A stretch of DNA of 64,000 bases from Botryllus schlosseri (Eukaryota): assembly GCA_051294905.1 (NCBI GenBank), contig CM119372.1:13828001-13892000 (forward strand), written 5' to 3'. Both the position numbers and the translations under genes were made by a program. Below the pieces are notes generated by a model. The model was not told the DNA's origin. It searched no databases and saw only the letters and a list, made by a program, of their open reading frames with translations. Position 1 is the stretch's first letter. Each line of letters opens with the position of its first letter. This document shows positions 1 to 13,285 of this stretch, piece after piece.

Positions 1-1134
1 GTGTATCCTAATCCGGGTTTCTGGTATAATCCTGATAAATAGGCTGTTGTTCATGTCATAGCCAAACTCAAACTCAAAATGAACTGGAAATGTGACATAA
101 TAGCTGATCTTCCACCGCATGGCAGCTTTTGAAAATGATAGTAACGTTTGATGAGATTTCAGGTTTTTGCAGTAGTTTCAGAGTAAACATCAAGTTCTCA
201 AATCTGAAAGAGATGTGTGGCAGTTGAATATATTGTCGAATAGCTAAAAATACAATATGCCATCGCCGGCCGCACAAAATGTTCTCGCGGGCCACGTGTC
301 TGAGACCCCTGCTCTATAAGGTGCACCAAAATTGGTGTGCAGCCTTTATTTAGATGACCTAACAATGTTATCAAGAAGCCATTACAATTTTTTAAAAAGC
401 CATTTTTAAACACCCCTAACGTACAGTATTGTTCCACAATTGCACATTCACATAAGAAAACTACAGAGATTGTAGATTCTCTATAGGAAAGCTGTAGTAT
501 TGTTGGCAAGAACGACACTCTCGTCTTCGAAGTGGAAGCAACATCCGCAAAGAACAATCTTATTGCAACAGGGGAAGTGGAGTATTTTTTCCCGCATTGT
601 TCAGTATATGTAATTTTTGGGGTAGCTAAAAATGTTACCACGATAAACGGGGTCACAAGACAAAAATTTGGAGAGCCCTGGTGATCAGAGATGTTGATGT
701 CGAAAGTACCGAATACGGTTTACCAATCTTACATCCCCCTGAGCCTGCTGGTATCACCAGACGTGGTCGGTAACTTTTACTTTGTCCGGTTCTTAATTAT
801 GTTTATGAGCTTCCTAATCATGTGGTTATGGTTTTAGACTACTGCCACTTTACAGTTTTTAGAAAAAACACTTAGTTTTGGGGTTTTGGGTATGTTTGCA
901 TCACCTAAATAGGTGAAATTGTCACACGGTCCCACCGGCTGGACAAAGTAGCCCCTGTATCACAATAATTGAATATATTTTCGAAGATTTTATTTTTAGT
1001 GCTATAAATCATTCTGTGTTAGTCGAATAGATGCACCAATTGCAAAAGCAGTCATGTCCCGATGAACTACTAAAAGTATGTGACGAGGCAGTTACTGCCT
1101 TATCTGTACATCTCTAAATTTGTAACATTGTCAC

Positions 1135-2228
1135 CAGGGCTGTGGAGTCGGAATTTGGCAATTTTTCGCTTAATGGAGTCGGAGTCTCTTTTTACCACAC
1201 CCTGGAGTCGTGAAAACTATAGTGGCTGGAGTCGGAAATTGTGAAAATGACCCTGACTCCAAGTTGTTTATTATGAAAACAATTGCTTTCAAAGCTATCT
1301 TTAAATTACTAATAATAACCAGAATAAGATTTTTATACACTATCAATTCTGTATCATTAACGATATTGACATAATTGGATATTATTTGCAAATTGCAATT
1401 CAGTTGCATGAAGGAAGAAAATCGCAATTTTCGCGATGCAGTCACAAATTGATGCAATATTTGGAATTATACCATGATACTGTGACAGATTAAATACATC
1501 CTCTGGTTTTGTACAGTTGTTTAATTGGTGTAAATATAATCGAACGCTGCTTACCACTTGACAAAATCAAAAATATTTGTACTGTAGCTCAGCTGTTTGG
1601 GTCGAACAAATGATTAAGACTGTAAATCCTAGTCGTTGAATACTTGACCAAGTGCATGTAGGTAGATAGACGTATGCTATTTGACTACTTCTTAAATTTC
1701 GTTTGGGACGAGAGTGAGAGTGTGTGTGCTTGTAATCAGTACAGTGTCTAATGTGAAAATTGGTAAGTTAGTTGCTGACTCATACACAAGAGCTACACTT
1801 CCATAGTTTTATCTACATTTTAATGATTCAGGATTGGATCTATGTCATCGTTGAATGATTCATACATAATAGGGTATTAGAGAGTCCATGTCATAAAAAC
1901 TTATAAAATATGAATAAGGAAGATTATTTAGATAGGCATTCTTCCATGTTAATTGCATAATGAATAATTCTGTGGCACAGTGAAACAATTTTGCATGCTA
2001 TCATTAATGATATGTTTGCATATGTTAAATGGTTATATGATAGTCATTCAACCGTCACTGTGGCATATAATTTTCAAGTAAATTGGTAATACTGTTGAAG
2101 TCGGAGTTCTCTTAAGAAAATAGTCGGAGCCGGAGTCAGTATGTTTAAAGACTTAAGAGTCGGAGTTGGAGTCGGTATAATGAAAATGTCTGGAGTCGGT
2201 GGTAAAATCTACCGACTCCACAGTCCTG
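1135..2228. mobile_element. Non-autonomous hAT-type element in an SLC49A4 intron
   Basis: TIRs CAGGGCTGTGGAGTCGG...CCGACTCCACAGTCCTG, subterminal GGAGTCGG repeats, perfect 8-bp TSD ATTGTCAC (1127-1134, 2229-2236). Confidence 0.85.
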
Positions 2229-2240
2229 ATTGTCACTCAC

Positions 2241-5200
2241 CAGCCCATAACAAGACCGACAGCGCACCCACACAGAGACATGAAAAATCCGATATTCGCC
2301 CCCTCGTCCTGCGATACATAATTGAATAAAGAGGCATGAGATGGGAGATCAATTAGGCATCGTTCAAGTCTATTAATTTTCTAATTCGAGAACCTATATA
2401 TATTACAGACTTACCTTATTCAAATCTTCAACCCTACAACCACGAATTCCCCTTACCTGAGATACTCCTAACGGTTCCAGTATCACGTTAAATGCCCCGA
2501 TCCATCCGGATGCACCGCCGACAACTAACGAGAAAGTAAAAGCGACGATGAGAAACGTTTGTTGATGCCGAAGCCCCTTGATACCAGCCTGCTCCACAGA
2601 AAACGAATAAGGAGAATAATGAGAATATATTTTTATTGTACTCACCAGAAAGTCCATTCTCTTAGTACCTGCCGAGAGGCTAGGTGGTTTGGGCGGATGA
2701 CTCGGAAAATAGGCTAGCAATGACACAAAGATGAGTGTGCTAACGCCAAATTCAAAGTACATCAGGTTGGATATCCCATGCCTGCAATGATGGAAGGTTT
2801 CAAGTATGGAGCCCATTCAGCATCGTAATGAGAGCTATCTTAAGCAATGCGGAAAGGAACATTCATCACCATTTAAAATGCTACTATACAGTGGCTGCAA
2901 CGTAATGTGTACACTACGCAAATATCGACTTTGCACAAGTCGTCCACGGTAAAAATAGGTCTAGTCACACATGCATTATGTACATTGTAAAACGATTAGC
3001 GATTTTCATGCAACAAATATTAACTGATACTTAGGATACCGGTCAATTTGAGTTACACAACGAAGGCATATTCGCTTGTCTACCCGATCGGTTACCTTTA
3101 CAATAGCAGGAAATCGTACTTACCTTATGGATTCTCTTTCATGAAGATCATGACAGAACACAGAGTCGTTAGAGGAGTAATTGGCTGACGGCTGTTTCAC
3201 GAACGCAGGTCCGATAATGTAACCAAATCCCGTTCCTGTGAAAGCATATTACTATATATATGGCAGAGACTAAATGTCATGCTAGTCAAGATAAATTGAA
3301 TGCCATTCATCAATTCTAAATTTTTTGACAAGCCTTAGGAGGAATGTTCCCTCTAAGCTGCGCACGTGCGCAAATGCGCAGTGCTGAAACGGTCTCTGCG
3401 CACAGAAAATCTACGCTGCGCACAAAAAATCAGAAATGATGATTTTTTATATAGTTGTTGCGCACTGTTGTCCAATGGACCACGCAGGCGCGCAGATTCG
3501 TGAAAATTAAGATGGAACATTGCCAGGGCCAAATAGTGTTATCACTAAAGTCTGAAACCGAGGTACAAGTGCGCCCCGCAAAGGTAACTATTGCGCTCCG
3601 TGAAGAAATGAGAGTTCACAATCACGTGCGCCTCACGGAAGATATTTTTTTAGTATGGCCTCGTACACGTGAGCGATACTGATATCATTTCAATAGCGCA
3701 TTATTTTCTGGGAATGGCGAAATAACATGGTTTAACAAAGTTATAAATAACAATGGGCTAGCTCGGAGTTAATCTGTTAGAAACTAACGAATGATAGTCT
3801 TCTCCGCGTGGCATGAACATTGCCTAAGATTTACTCAGAACCGTAATTTTCGCACCCCAAACCCCCCAATTGGAGGGGCCGAGCTCGCAGGGGGTCCAAA
3901 ATTATTTCGAGAATTAACATAAATCATGGTGTATTTTTTGAAATATTTCAGGAATTTTTTTCGCACTACGCGCGTTTTATTACTATAAGATATCTGATTA
4001 TTGGGTACCCTTTCCAAACAAAAATTAGGCCTGCTCTATAGAAATGGGCAGTTGGGCGTAGGCCATTACCGCACCATGACGCGCCAAGACATATGAAGTT
4101 AAAGGCTATGCATATGCGAATCCAAGAAGTGCGCCAGAATGATCAGCAGCGAGAAAACCTTGGGCGAAAAAGACTGCCCCGGTGCTGACCGAAAACTTCG
4201 ATATATACAAATATATGTGTAATTGTCCATGTCCATGGGCGCCTAAATGGCTGGCGCCAAATGTTCCTGTCCTGGCGATCCGAGTCTCACAACAAGACAA
4301 ATGCCATATCGAGGGAACATTATTTTCCAGTTAAGAAATACCAATTTGAAATTGTGTACGTCTTTTACTTTAGTACGTTTTGGCGATTTCAATATCTTTT
4401 GATATAGCAGATAGGGGGTCACGAAATAGCATCATGTAACGAAGTCATTATATCAACGGGTACGCCCGAAGATGTTTTATTATTATTTAGAGGGCATATC
4501 TATTCAAACACACCTCACTGGATCAGCTCTACCGGTAAATCTGATTATGTGAGCAGGGAGAGGATAAAAATTGATAGCAATATATTATGCAATTCCCGAT
4601 CATATTGGCCGATGCAATTATGAATTATAGAATTTTTTTCGCGCTTGGCGCGTTTAGGGACGCTACTACTTAATGGGCACCCTATGTACATGATAAGTAC
4701 CAGTAGAAGCCTAGAGTCGTAGGGGGGTCTGGGGGGCGAAGCCCCCCAGTAGTTAGTTTTATCACCCTATTGGAGGGTGGTTGCGCACTGTTGTCCGAGG
4801 GCCTGCGCAGTTAGTTGGCGTGTTTGCGCAGACTCTTGAAAAATTAGAGGGAACATTGCTTAGGAGTGATGAACACATCACTATGTCCTCATCAGTACTG
4901 TGCTGGTCATGTTACAACACTTCTCATCAAACATCACCTACAACAAATATGACTATCCACGTAAATAGAAGATTATCGCAAAGATTTCGAACTATGCTTT
5001 CTACAGATCAGGCCCAAAGACCTGTGGATGGGAAAAGTGTGCATCGCGATTCGCGAAAGAGTACGCCATTTAGGTTAATTCTGAAACGGGGCAAAATCGA
5101 GTGCTTGGGTGATTCGTTTGAGTACTAAGCGTCCAGTCGCGTCTTCAAGTACCACCTGTTATGACAGCATACATGTCATAATGGCTTTCATTCATATTTT

Positions 5201-7985
5201 TGTGGCCAGATGAAAAATGTTGCCAGTTATACGTTATCCAAAATCGTTTCCTATTTCTGGATCATGACCATTCCATAATGCTTTGTGTCGATTTTTTGAG
5301 GCTAGATCACTACTTGACGGAAATGTAGTTTCATGAACATTCCTAGTATGTCACATGTGACATGTTTTTCGATGCTGAGATCACCTAACGAAGATTTCGA
5401 GACGTCAGCGGTGGCAATGGGTATTAAAATTATAAATTTTCTTGGTGTGAAGACGTACCTTTTCGCAACTCGAAAAAAAATAGACTCAAATGATTGCAAA
5501 TGATACTCGACTTCGATTTGAGCACTTGAATCATTGTGCACAGCCCTATTCAGTTCTACGCCAATAATCCTACAGAGCTTGTCATTTAGCAAACTTGAAA
5601 GATGACAACCCTAGCGTGAAAACAATGCTGACACCAGTTACCGCTTAAAGTACTATTGCTTGAAGGCACATCAATCGATTGCGCAACACGAAATTGATGT
5701 TGCGACTGAATTTCCTGCACTCGATTCTATTCCACCCAGCAACTATATTTGCACCCTGTTAATATTGCCAAGACACCATTCATTTTGCAAGGGCGTTGCA
5801 GAGCTGGACAATGTCCAATGTCTGTCACATTATGTTTCCTTGCCATGATAGAAGGGTATTGCAGTTACGGTCAATTCGGCATACATCATTCATAACTGTA
5901 CTGACCAAAGTAATTCAACAATGACGTGATGCTCGTAGCCGTGACTCTTTCTTCGGGTGGAAACCAGGAATTGGAGAGCATTGGAGGAGCGGCCATAACA
6001 CAACATCCAGCGATGCCATTCAGAAGTTGTCCGGCATGAATGAAACTGAAATAGGATAGGTAAGGGCATATCATAATAAGCAGTCGGCATAGGCCCACTA
6101 TAAAAGGAAATAATTCTCGGCGATTAACATATGAAATCACCCAATGGAACTGTACTTTTTCTGCTGCAAACAAGATACAAAACCAGCTTACTACTTCAAA
6201 ACATTTGGAGCAAGAGGAAGACATCGCAATCCGGTCCCCAAAGCTACGGCAAACGAGCTGATCACTGAAGGAAGTCGTAACCCCTTTCTGTCCATCTCCC
6301 ACATGACAATTGGCATAAAAATTAGAAACATGATTGGGCCCCAATTCGCCAGCAGCTCTATGTCACCTAGAAAAGACAGCATAAGAGGTTTTTTCATTGA
6401 AGAAAAATTGTTTTGAAAACAAAATTCTAAAATTTGGTTAGCAATAATTCTCAGTAAAATAAGCTAGTGTAGGTAGATAATATTTGCATGAATACATCTA
6501 AATATATATGTCTGTAATTTGTTCCAGTTATATTTTACAATTGAAATCCGATTGTAAAAACTGGTATGTTTAGATTGAATCCGAGTCATGCTCAATATAT
6601 AATGGTCTGATATGTAGCCTAACAATAAAAATTAGTTTAGGCAAGCAGTTTAGGTCCATTTAAATTCAACGGCTACCAACAACTTCCACCAACTCACAAT
6701 AGCAAAAATTTGATGGATGATTACGCTCAAGAGTATCAATAATAATAGTCAGAATTTACTTACTTGAAGTAAGACCCAAGGCACAGGCTGCAGACTCATT
6801 AATCGGACTCCAAGTATTCCATATAGCACCTTGCATGAGTCCAAACAATGAAAATATTACACAAATGTACCATCGGGAAATATATTTTGCAGTCTCAATA
6901 TGAGTTGTTGGTACCTCTTGGTCATCCTGCAAAATTATAGAACAAGGCGTCTCAAACTGTGCGTTGCGAAACATTTTTCGGCATGTCCTCTTCGTGAGGA
7001 GTACCCCTGTGATATATGTTGATGTAGTAAATAGTTCGTAAGACTTGTTTCACCATTATTGGTTTCCTATGCCAGTGTTCGGGATAACTTGGCTAATACT
7101 ATGTACACTAGTATAGGCCTACCATCAATATTGTTGAAGTAGGTATGTCATCACAAAAATGGCTTTCTTCAAACATTACATCACAGTCCATTTGGTACTC
7201 GTATATGCAACCAGGCTTGGGTGAACTTTGTCCTAAGAATGATTTTATCTGGCCAACAACGAGATTTTTATCTTGTGGAATTCAGCTTATCTTATGAGCG
7301 CGCCAGATGCAACTAACTGAGTGAAGATGCAGGCAGCATGTTGATTCAACATACGGCCGGCACAGAATTGTTTTGCGAATTCAAATAGGATACCATTCAT
7401 TTCCTTCCTGTTGACGGCAAAGGCGAGACATCAATTAAATTTGATAGGGTAAGTGTATATGACGAGCAGCTTCATGAAATGCAGCCTGTTACGTTATATT
7501 ACGCTAGTTCAGTGTTCATCACTTCCTTCAAGACAATCTTGAGTTACTTGTGGCTTATTGACTTGTAGAGTGGGCTGCCTTGAGATTCTCGCATGCTTGT
7601 GGTTGTGACTCGCAATCAACTCATAATGTCATCCCATAGGCACAGACAAAATGAAGTATCATTACGTGGCTTGCCTTGTTAGACCTTAAGAATATACCAG
7701 ACTAAACTAATGTAGCGAAAAGCACAATGTTTTAAAATAGGACATCATGGGTCGCACATTCTTCCTTTGCATTTATGGGCCTGGGCCACAGCTTCACATC
7801 CTTGGAATTAGTTATAATATTTTCGACTATATGCACACGTTTTTGGAGGATGAGAGTGAGAGTTAAAAACAGACAATCCAACAAATACTGACCTCTTCAT
7901 TTACCGGAAAACCTAAAGACTTGTACGAGTTTTCTTCATTGTCACCAAGAAGCAGACGCTTTTCTTCTACTCTTATATCAGTCAT
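2241..7985 (-). CDS. SLC49A4: SLC49A4/DIRC2-like lysosomal major facilitator superfamily transporter (FLVCR/SLC49 family), multi-exon, 3' part not found in window
   Basis: Phase-consistent GT-AG exons: 7893-7985 (MTDIRVEEKRLLLGD...), 6764-6926 (..YISRWYICVIFSLFGLMQGAIWNTWSPI..), 6192-6366 (DIELLANWGPIMF..DRKGLR..GTGLRCLP), 5906-6045 (FIHAGQLLNGIAG..APPMLSNSWFPPEERVTATSI), 3124-3235 (GTGFGYIIGPAFV), 2646-2781 (..AYFPSHPPKPPSLSA), 2457-2588 and 2241-2308. The motifs WNTWxPI, GQxLNG, WFPxxERxTAT and FPxxPPxPPSxSA are recalled as typical of DIRC2/FLVCR proteins. Confidence 0.9.
3342..4858. mobile_element. Non-autonomous hAT-type element carrying a degenerate family-X fragment
   Basis: TIRs (G/C)AATGTTCCCTCTAA...TTAGAGGGAACATTG, 8-bp TSD CTTAGGAG on both sides. 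Internal 3836-4770 resembles the element at 19611/52016. Confidence 0.8.
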
Positions 7986-10491
7986 TGTCTGAATCTGCAA
8001 TGCAGCATTCAACCCAAAAGGTTTTCACGTTCCAAAGAATTGTCAGCTGATTACCAATATTTTGCAAATATATGTCAGATGATCATGATCATCATCCAGA
8101 TCCAAGCTTTCTAGTTATATAGTTAACAACACACTGACCGACAAAACAGGTTTGAATAGAAATTGATACATTACCATAACAATCAAGCATACTGCATAAC
8201 ATAATAAACAGCTATTATGATCGACGACGGCACTAATGATATTACTATTAGCATGACCATTAACGCCGACGGCACCACCAATGCCCAGTGTTGCCAACTC
8301 TGACTGGACAAAAGCAGTGTTGCCAACTCCGGATGGAAGAAAATCGCTAAAACTGGTGTCAAAAATCGCTAGATGGCGCTAAATATTGAGAAAAAAGCGC
8401 TAAAAAATAGCGCTAAATCTGCAAAAGGTGCTAAATATGTTAAATTGAACCATTATATCGATATATTCTTCTCAGCTGTATTTTACTCGTCTGGGGCCAA
8501 AGTTACTCATCATATTTCTAGTTCATAATACGTAATAGTCGATCATATCTAAGCGGGACAAAACGGCAGTGCATTTCGATAAAACAGATCGTTTTTCGCC
8601 ACGATCGCTATATCCGTGAACAGTGACCAGGTTCGCAGACATAACCGCTTACTATATCAGCGTGCCTTACTCGATGCGTCCGTGAATACGTGATGCAATG
8701 TACCGTGGTTGTGCGCTTGACTTCTTCTCTAAACTTTGTTGGAGTTGGCCTACTTGAACACGACATGCGACTTGACATACGTGTACAGTGTACACGACAC
8801 GCGACTTGACCCGACACAACACGACATTGAAACGGGTTTGTTTGCCACTATAAGTAGAGACCTTAGTAAAATAATCCGAAGACCAGCCCGGTGTATGAAA
8901 TGTAATTAATCTGGTCTTAAACGAATGCCCAGACATTGGAGCGACCTCAAAACAGCCTCCGAAGTCTGGAAATCGGCATTGATAAGAACAATCGCTGGAC
9001 AAAATTGGTCATTGTTATGTTCATTGTGTTGCGGCGGTGCCATTGGAGCAATAATGCCGGTTTTCAGACTTTGAGGGCTGTTTCGGGGTGCATGGTTCCA
9101 TTGTCCGGACGAGATTTTATTTTCTATTTTCGAAATCACTGCGACACTATCTTTCGATCATGGCCATTGGCAAATTATATTAAATTTCAGCGTTCAGGTC
9201 GCCAGATGTAGCATTCCAACTATGCTACTTTAGATTACTCAGCAAGAAGACACACTGTTTGTCCATGCGTAACCGCCCGGAGTGGCGTATCTCCTACTAT
9301 CTATCGGCAGGTAGTAATCTATATTTGTATATCATCGGAGTCCGCACTATGGTGACCGGTATAGCCAATGCAGTCGTCAGCCAGAACTGATCTTTGATGG
9401 TTATTTTCGGTAAAAAAGCGCTAAATAATCGCTAAATACTTTTCAAAAATCGCTAGGTTTAGCGCTAGGCGCTAGATCCATATTTTTTGGCGCTAAACCG
9501 GATGTAAAATCGCTAGATCTAGCGCGAAAATCGCTGGACAAAAGTCGCTAAAACTGGTGTCGAAAATCGCTAGATGTCGCTAAATCTTGAAACAAAATCG
9601 CTAGAAAAAGTCGCTAAATCTTATTTTAAACCTGTAGTTGTTGAATTTAACCAGACGATCCATATATTCCATACACTTTTGTTAGCTATATGTTAATCGT
9701 CTGTTTCAAACGGCACTAAACATATTTCTAGTTTATAATACGCAAGAGTCATGTCAGTCAACTCAAAGCGGGACGAAATGTGCGGTACATTTCAACAAAT
9801 CATATCGCTCTGCCTGATCACTGACCAGGTTTGCAGTCATCACTCACTATATAGGCGTTACACAAGCTGCCGCTGAAGAGAATTTGAAGTGAAAAGCATC
9901 GTAGATATACAGGTGCCTTGCTCGATGCGTCCGTGAATACCCGAAACACGATCAATGATATATAATATACATTGATGCAATATAGGCCTACTGATAATTG
10001 CGGAAACGTGCTTGCCTTCCCTAAACTGGATGGGAGTACTTAAACACGATATGACTCTCACCGGGTTTGCCGGTCACCAGAAGTAGCGACGTGCACTTTA
10101 TACAATAATACTAGTGACTGATCAGTGATCATCCAATTATCTTTCTATTTTCCTATCATCCATCGAAAGTACGCAACGTAATTGTTTATTGTTTTGATTT
10201 ATCTTACGCGAATATGATATAAAACTGTGTTAGTGTGTATTCAAGCAATTTGGGGGAGGGCGATTTATTCTCATTCGTTGGATCTCGATATTGGTACGAA
10301 TAGTGTTATAGTACTGATTAGGACTAGGCACAATGATTCTAATACACGAATCTGAATCGAGTATAAATTTTAATGATTCGAGTCGAGTAGTAAAAGACGT
10401 TTTTTTCGAATACTGAAATTATGCGCTCATCGCCACTGAAAGTTTATTTATCAACGGGAATTGTAGTTTCGATACTTATTTTCCACTATGG

Positions 10492-10909
10492 TTGGCTTAC
10501 CATATTTTGGAAATCTAAAAAGAGGACACTTTTTCAGAAATTGGAGACTTGCAAAACCGGAGAAGAATTCTCAAAAACCGGTGAATTTTTCCCACTTTGT
10601 GATCGGTTGACTAAAAAAAGGTCATCTTTTACGCTCAGAGCTCAAAATGCCGTTTTTCTTTCCGCATTGCTAGGTGGATGACTAAAAAAAGTTCATTTTT
10701 TCCGCCCAGAGCTAAAATCACCGTTTTTCACTCCGAAATACCCGCCGGTGCGTCACTTCTGTGCTAATTTACGGCATATCACTCGCAATTTGCTCTATTT
10801 CTGTCCTAAATTTTCAAAAAAGAGGACAAAAGGGCGTCCGCCGAGGACACTTTCAAAAAAGTCAAAAAAGAGGACAAATCCTCTCAAAAGAGGACGTATG
10901 GTAACCCTA
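10492..10909. mobile_element. Family-Z hAT-type MITE (AAAAGAGGAC subterminal repeats)
   Basis: Ends ..GGCTTACCATA / TATGGTAACCCTA, TSD CACTATGG. Near-identical copy at 23872-24300. Confidence 0.85.
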
Positions 10910-11045
10910 CACTATGGAGGCCTTGAAACCGTGATTGGCCGTGTCGCAGCATACGAAACATATCGTGAAAAGCTACGGCAAATTAGAATAAGTAATGTTT
11001 CTCCAACTCCATCATCGCAGTCTGTTGAGACACTACACGTGATTA

Positions 11046-13285
11046 CAGTGGCGGCTCGTCCTATAGGGCAACTGGGGCATTGCCCCACCTAAAATTCTGT
11101 TCAATAACAATTTAACCATTTATAGACGCACAGCGCACAATATATACCGAGATCACAGCGAAACCCGCGTTCTTCTTGTGCTTTCGCTTGCAAATGCCCA
11201 TACATAGCGAAGTCTCTGCGAAAATCGAATTCTCTTCTGTGTTTTCGCTTTGTGAATGCCTAGCCGGGGCTTGCCCCGGTAGCGCTCATAACAAGCTTTC
11301 ACTATCTATTCTCTCAAAGCCGCGCACAATTAAGAAACGGTGATATACTCTCTCCTATTCGTAAAATGGCCGAGCAACCGGGGCATATATGCCTGTCGCC
11401 CCTAAGGTGTGATGTAACAATCGTATCTATGTCTGAACTCGGATACCGTGATATGCGCTGAGTCGACCTTTGCTGGTATAGGTCGATTTTGATGGTGTTT
11501 CACACCATGATAATTCTTGAAACTTAGTATGTCATGTCGTGATGGTGGTATTTAACACTGTCCTAAGTTTCAGGGTTTCTACTCAAAGTTTAGGGTAGTA
11601 ATTCCGTTTCCAAAGTCGAGTGTGTGCTGATCCGTCATGTATCGCAAACATATTTCACGCAAAGCCGGTATTGGTCTCCATTAATTTTAACGATGCTCCT
11701 TAGCTAGATCCGTCATGAGCTTTTACATGGTATGTCTTGATTTTAGTATCGAACGCTGTGCCAAGTCTCAAGGTTGGCACTCAATGATTAGGGCAGCAAT
11801 TTCGTTATCAAGTACGAGTATGGTAGAGATGTGCGCTGATCTGACACTTAGCCTACCTAACGCATTGCGGATTTCACGCAAAAGCCGGTGTGTGTTCCAT
11901 ACTGAGATAGGTGATGAGATGATGATATCATGAAACAGTTTACTAACATCCTCGGTTTGCATTCAAATATTTAGTTTTATTTTATATTCTCCAATGTCAA
12001 TTTCACCGTGGAATGGTGGCCTTCGGGCCATTTGCTCACAATTACAACCCCTGTCAAGCGCGATAGCTGTTTCGTTTTCGATGGCGGCTAACAGCTTATC
12101 GCTTGATCAGCCTATTCCTCAGTAAATTTTGCGCAAAATTCGGCGTTGATCAATTCGTATTAATTTTGACAGTGTACCATACCGAAAACGGTCATGAGGC
12201 TACTTCTCGATGATTTCATGTAACAGTGTACCAAGTTTTCGGCTTTCATCCACGTATTTATTCAGTAATATATTTTCCGAAGGCGATTTTGCAGCAGACA
12301 TATAGACAGTAGACACTATAGACCGTAAGCCGTATGTGTCGTGTGACAATCTCCAGCCTCAAGGTCAAAATCTCCCAAGCTGTACCGAGACCGAATTTCC
12401 GAGGATGCTATCCGTAGTTCTTCAGAATGATGTTTTGGATTCAATATGACATTTCCTTGTCCAATCTATGAGATAACAATTGCGTATGTGTCCGAACTCG
12501 TTGACCTTTCCAGTAAGGCATACGCAATCTCTCGATTTATAGTAATTTCCATTTCTGCAGATAAGTAGTCAGGTCAAGTGCGAACATGAATCGTGTTGAA
12601 TCTTTGCTCCGTACGCCGTTTAGCCAGCTGCCTTTAGAGCAAAAATTAGAGGTAAAGCGACTAGGTCCGTATCAGCCTAGAAATTGCCCATTGGTCCAAT
12701 CGTACGCCGGAGGAAAACGCACTCGTGCCTTTTCTTCAGCGCATTTCGATAAAAATGAATGGCTTACTTATGGCGAGGATAAAAACGCCTTGTTTTGATC
12801 GCTTTCGAGACGAGAATCCTACCATATACAAATCGGGTCGGAGGCGCTGCAGCACTTTACAGAATTGCTGAGCATGGAACGATTAAAACACCACAAGGTG
12901 TCATGCGAATGCTCTTTGTAGGTAGTTGGTCTGTGTATTTTTTGGTATAGTCTTACTCGGCGCTTGCGTAATCTCTACCACGAAATCATAACGCATGCTA
13001 CTAAGGATACCCTGATGATTGATTCGTGGCATGGGAACGATTCTTAGTTCGCGTACATTTTGTAAAATAATCATTTGAATAAAAAACAATGAATAAAACA
13101 TTTGTTACCGCACTTCAAGTCACGCCACCGGCAAACCTCTCGCAGCACCTACGTTAAAAATCATTGTTTACGGGAAATTCATGTGACCATCATGAACGTT
13201 GAAAAACGCTACTGTGACGTCATATTGATAACAAGTCGCCTGCGGCCCTTGCCCCACCACCCGATATTGTCACGAGCCGCCACTG
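11046..13285 (+). mobile_element. Family-V internally deleted hAT transposon retaining the transposase N-terminus
   Basis: TIRs CAGTGGCGGCTCGT...ACGAGCCGCCACTG, TSD CGTGATTA/CGCGATTA. Second copy at 42762-44662. Confidence 0.85.
12586..12798 (+). pseudogene. Truncated hAT (ZMYM1-like, TTF-type zinc finger) transposase N-terminal fragment
   Basis: MNRVESLLRTPFSQLPLEQKLEVKRLGPYQP...RAFSSAHFDKNEWLTYGEDKNALF* matches the recalled pattern RxFxxxWxxxxxWLxYxxxxxALFC of hAT transposases. It stops just before the zinc-binding cysteines and lies within TIR-bounded family V. Confidence 0.7.

Noticed and set aside
198..656. 152-aa ORF and most other short ORFs in the track
   Set aside because: Non-ATG starts, no recognisable motifs, and they overlap MITE fragments or introns.
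900..1120. Next SLC49A4 exon
   Set aside because: No phase-compatible open stretch resembling the expected following transmembrane segment was found; the remaining exons probably lie left of the window.
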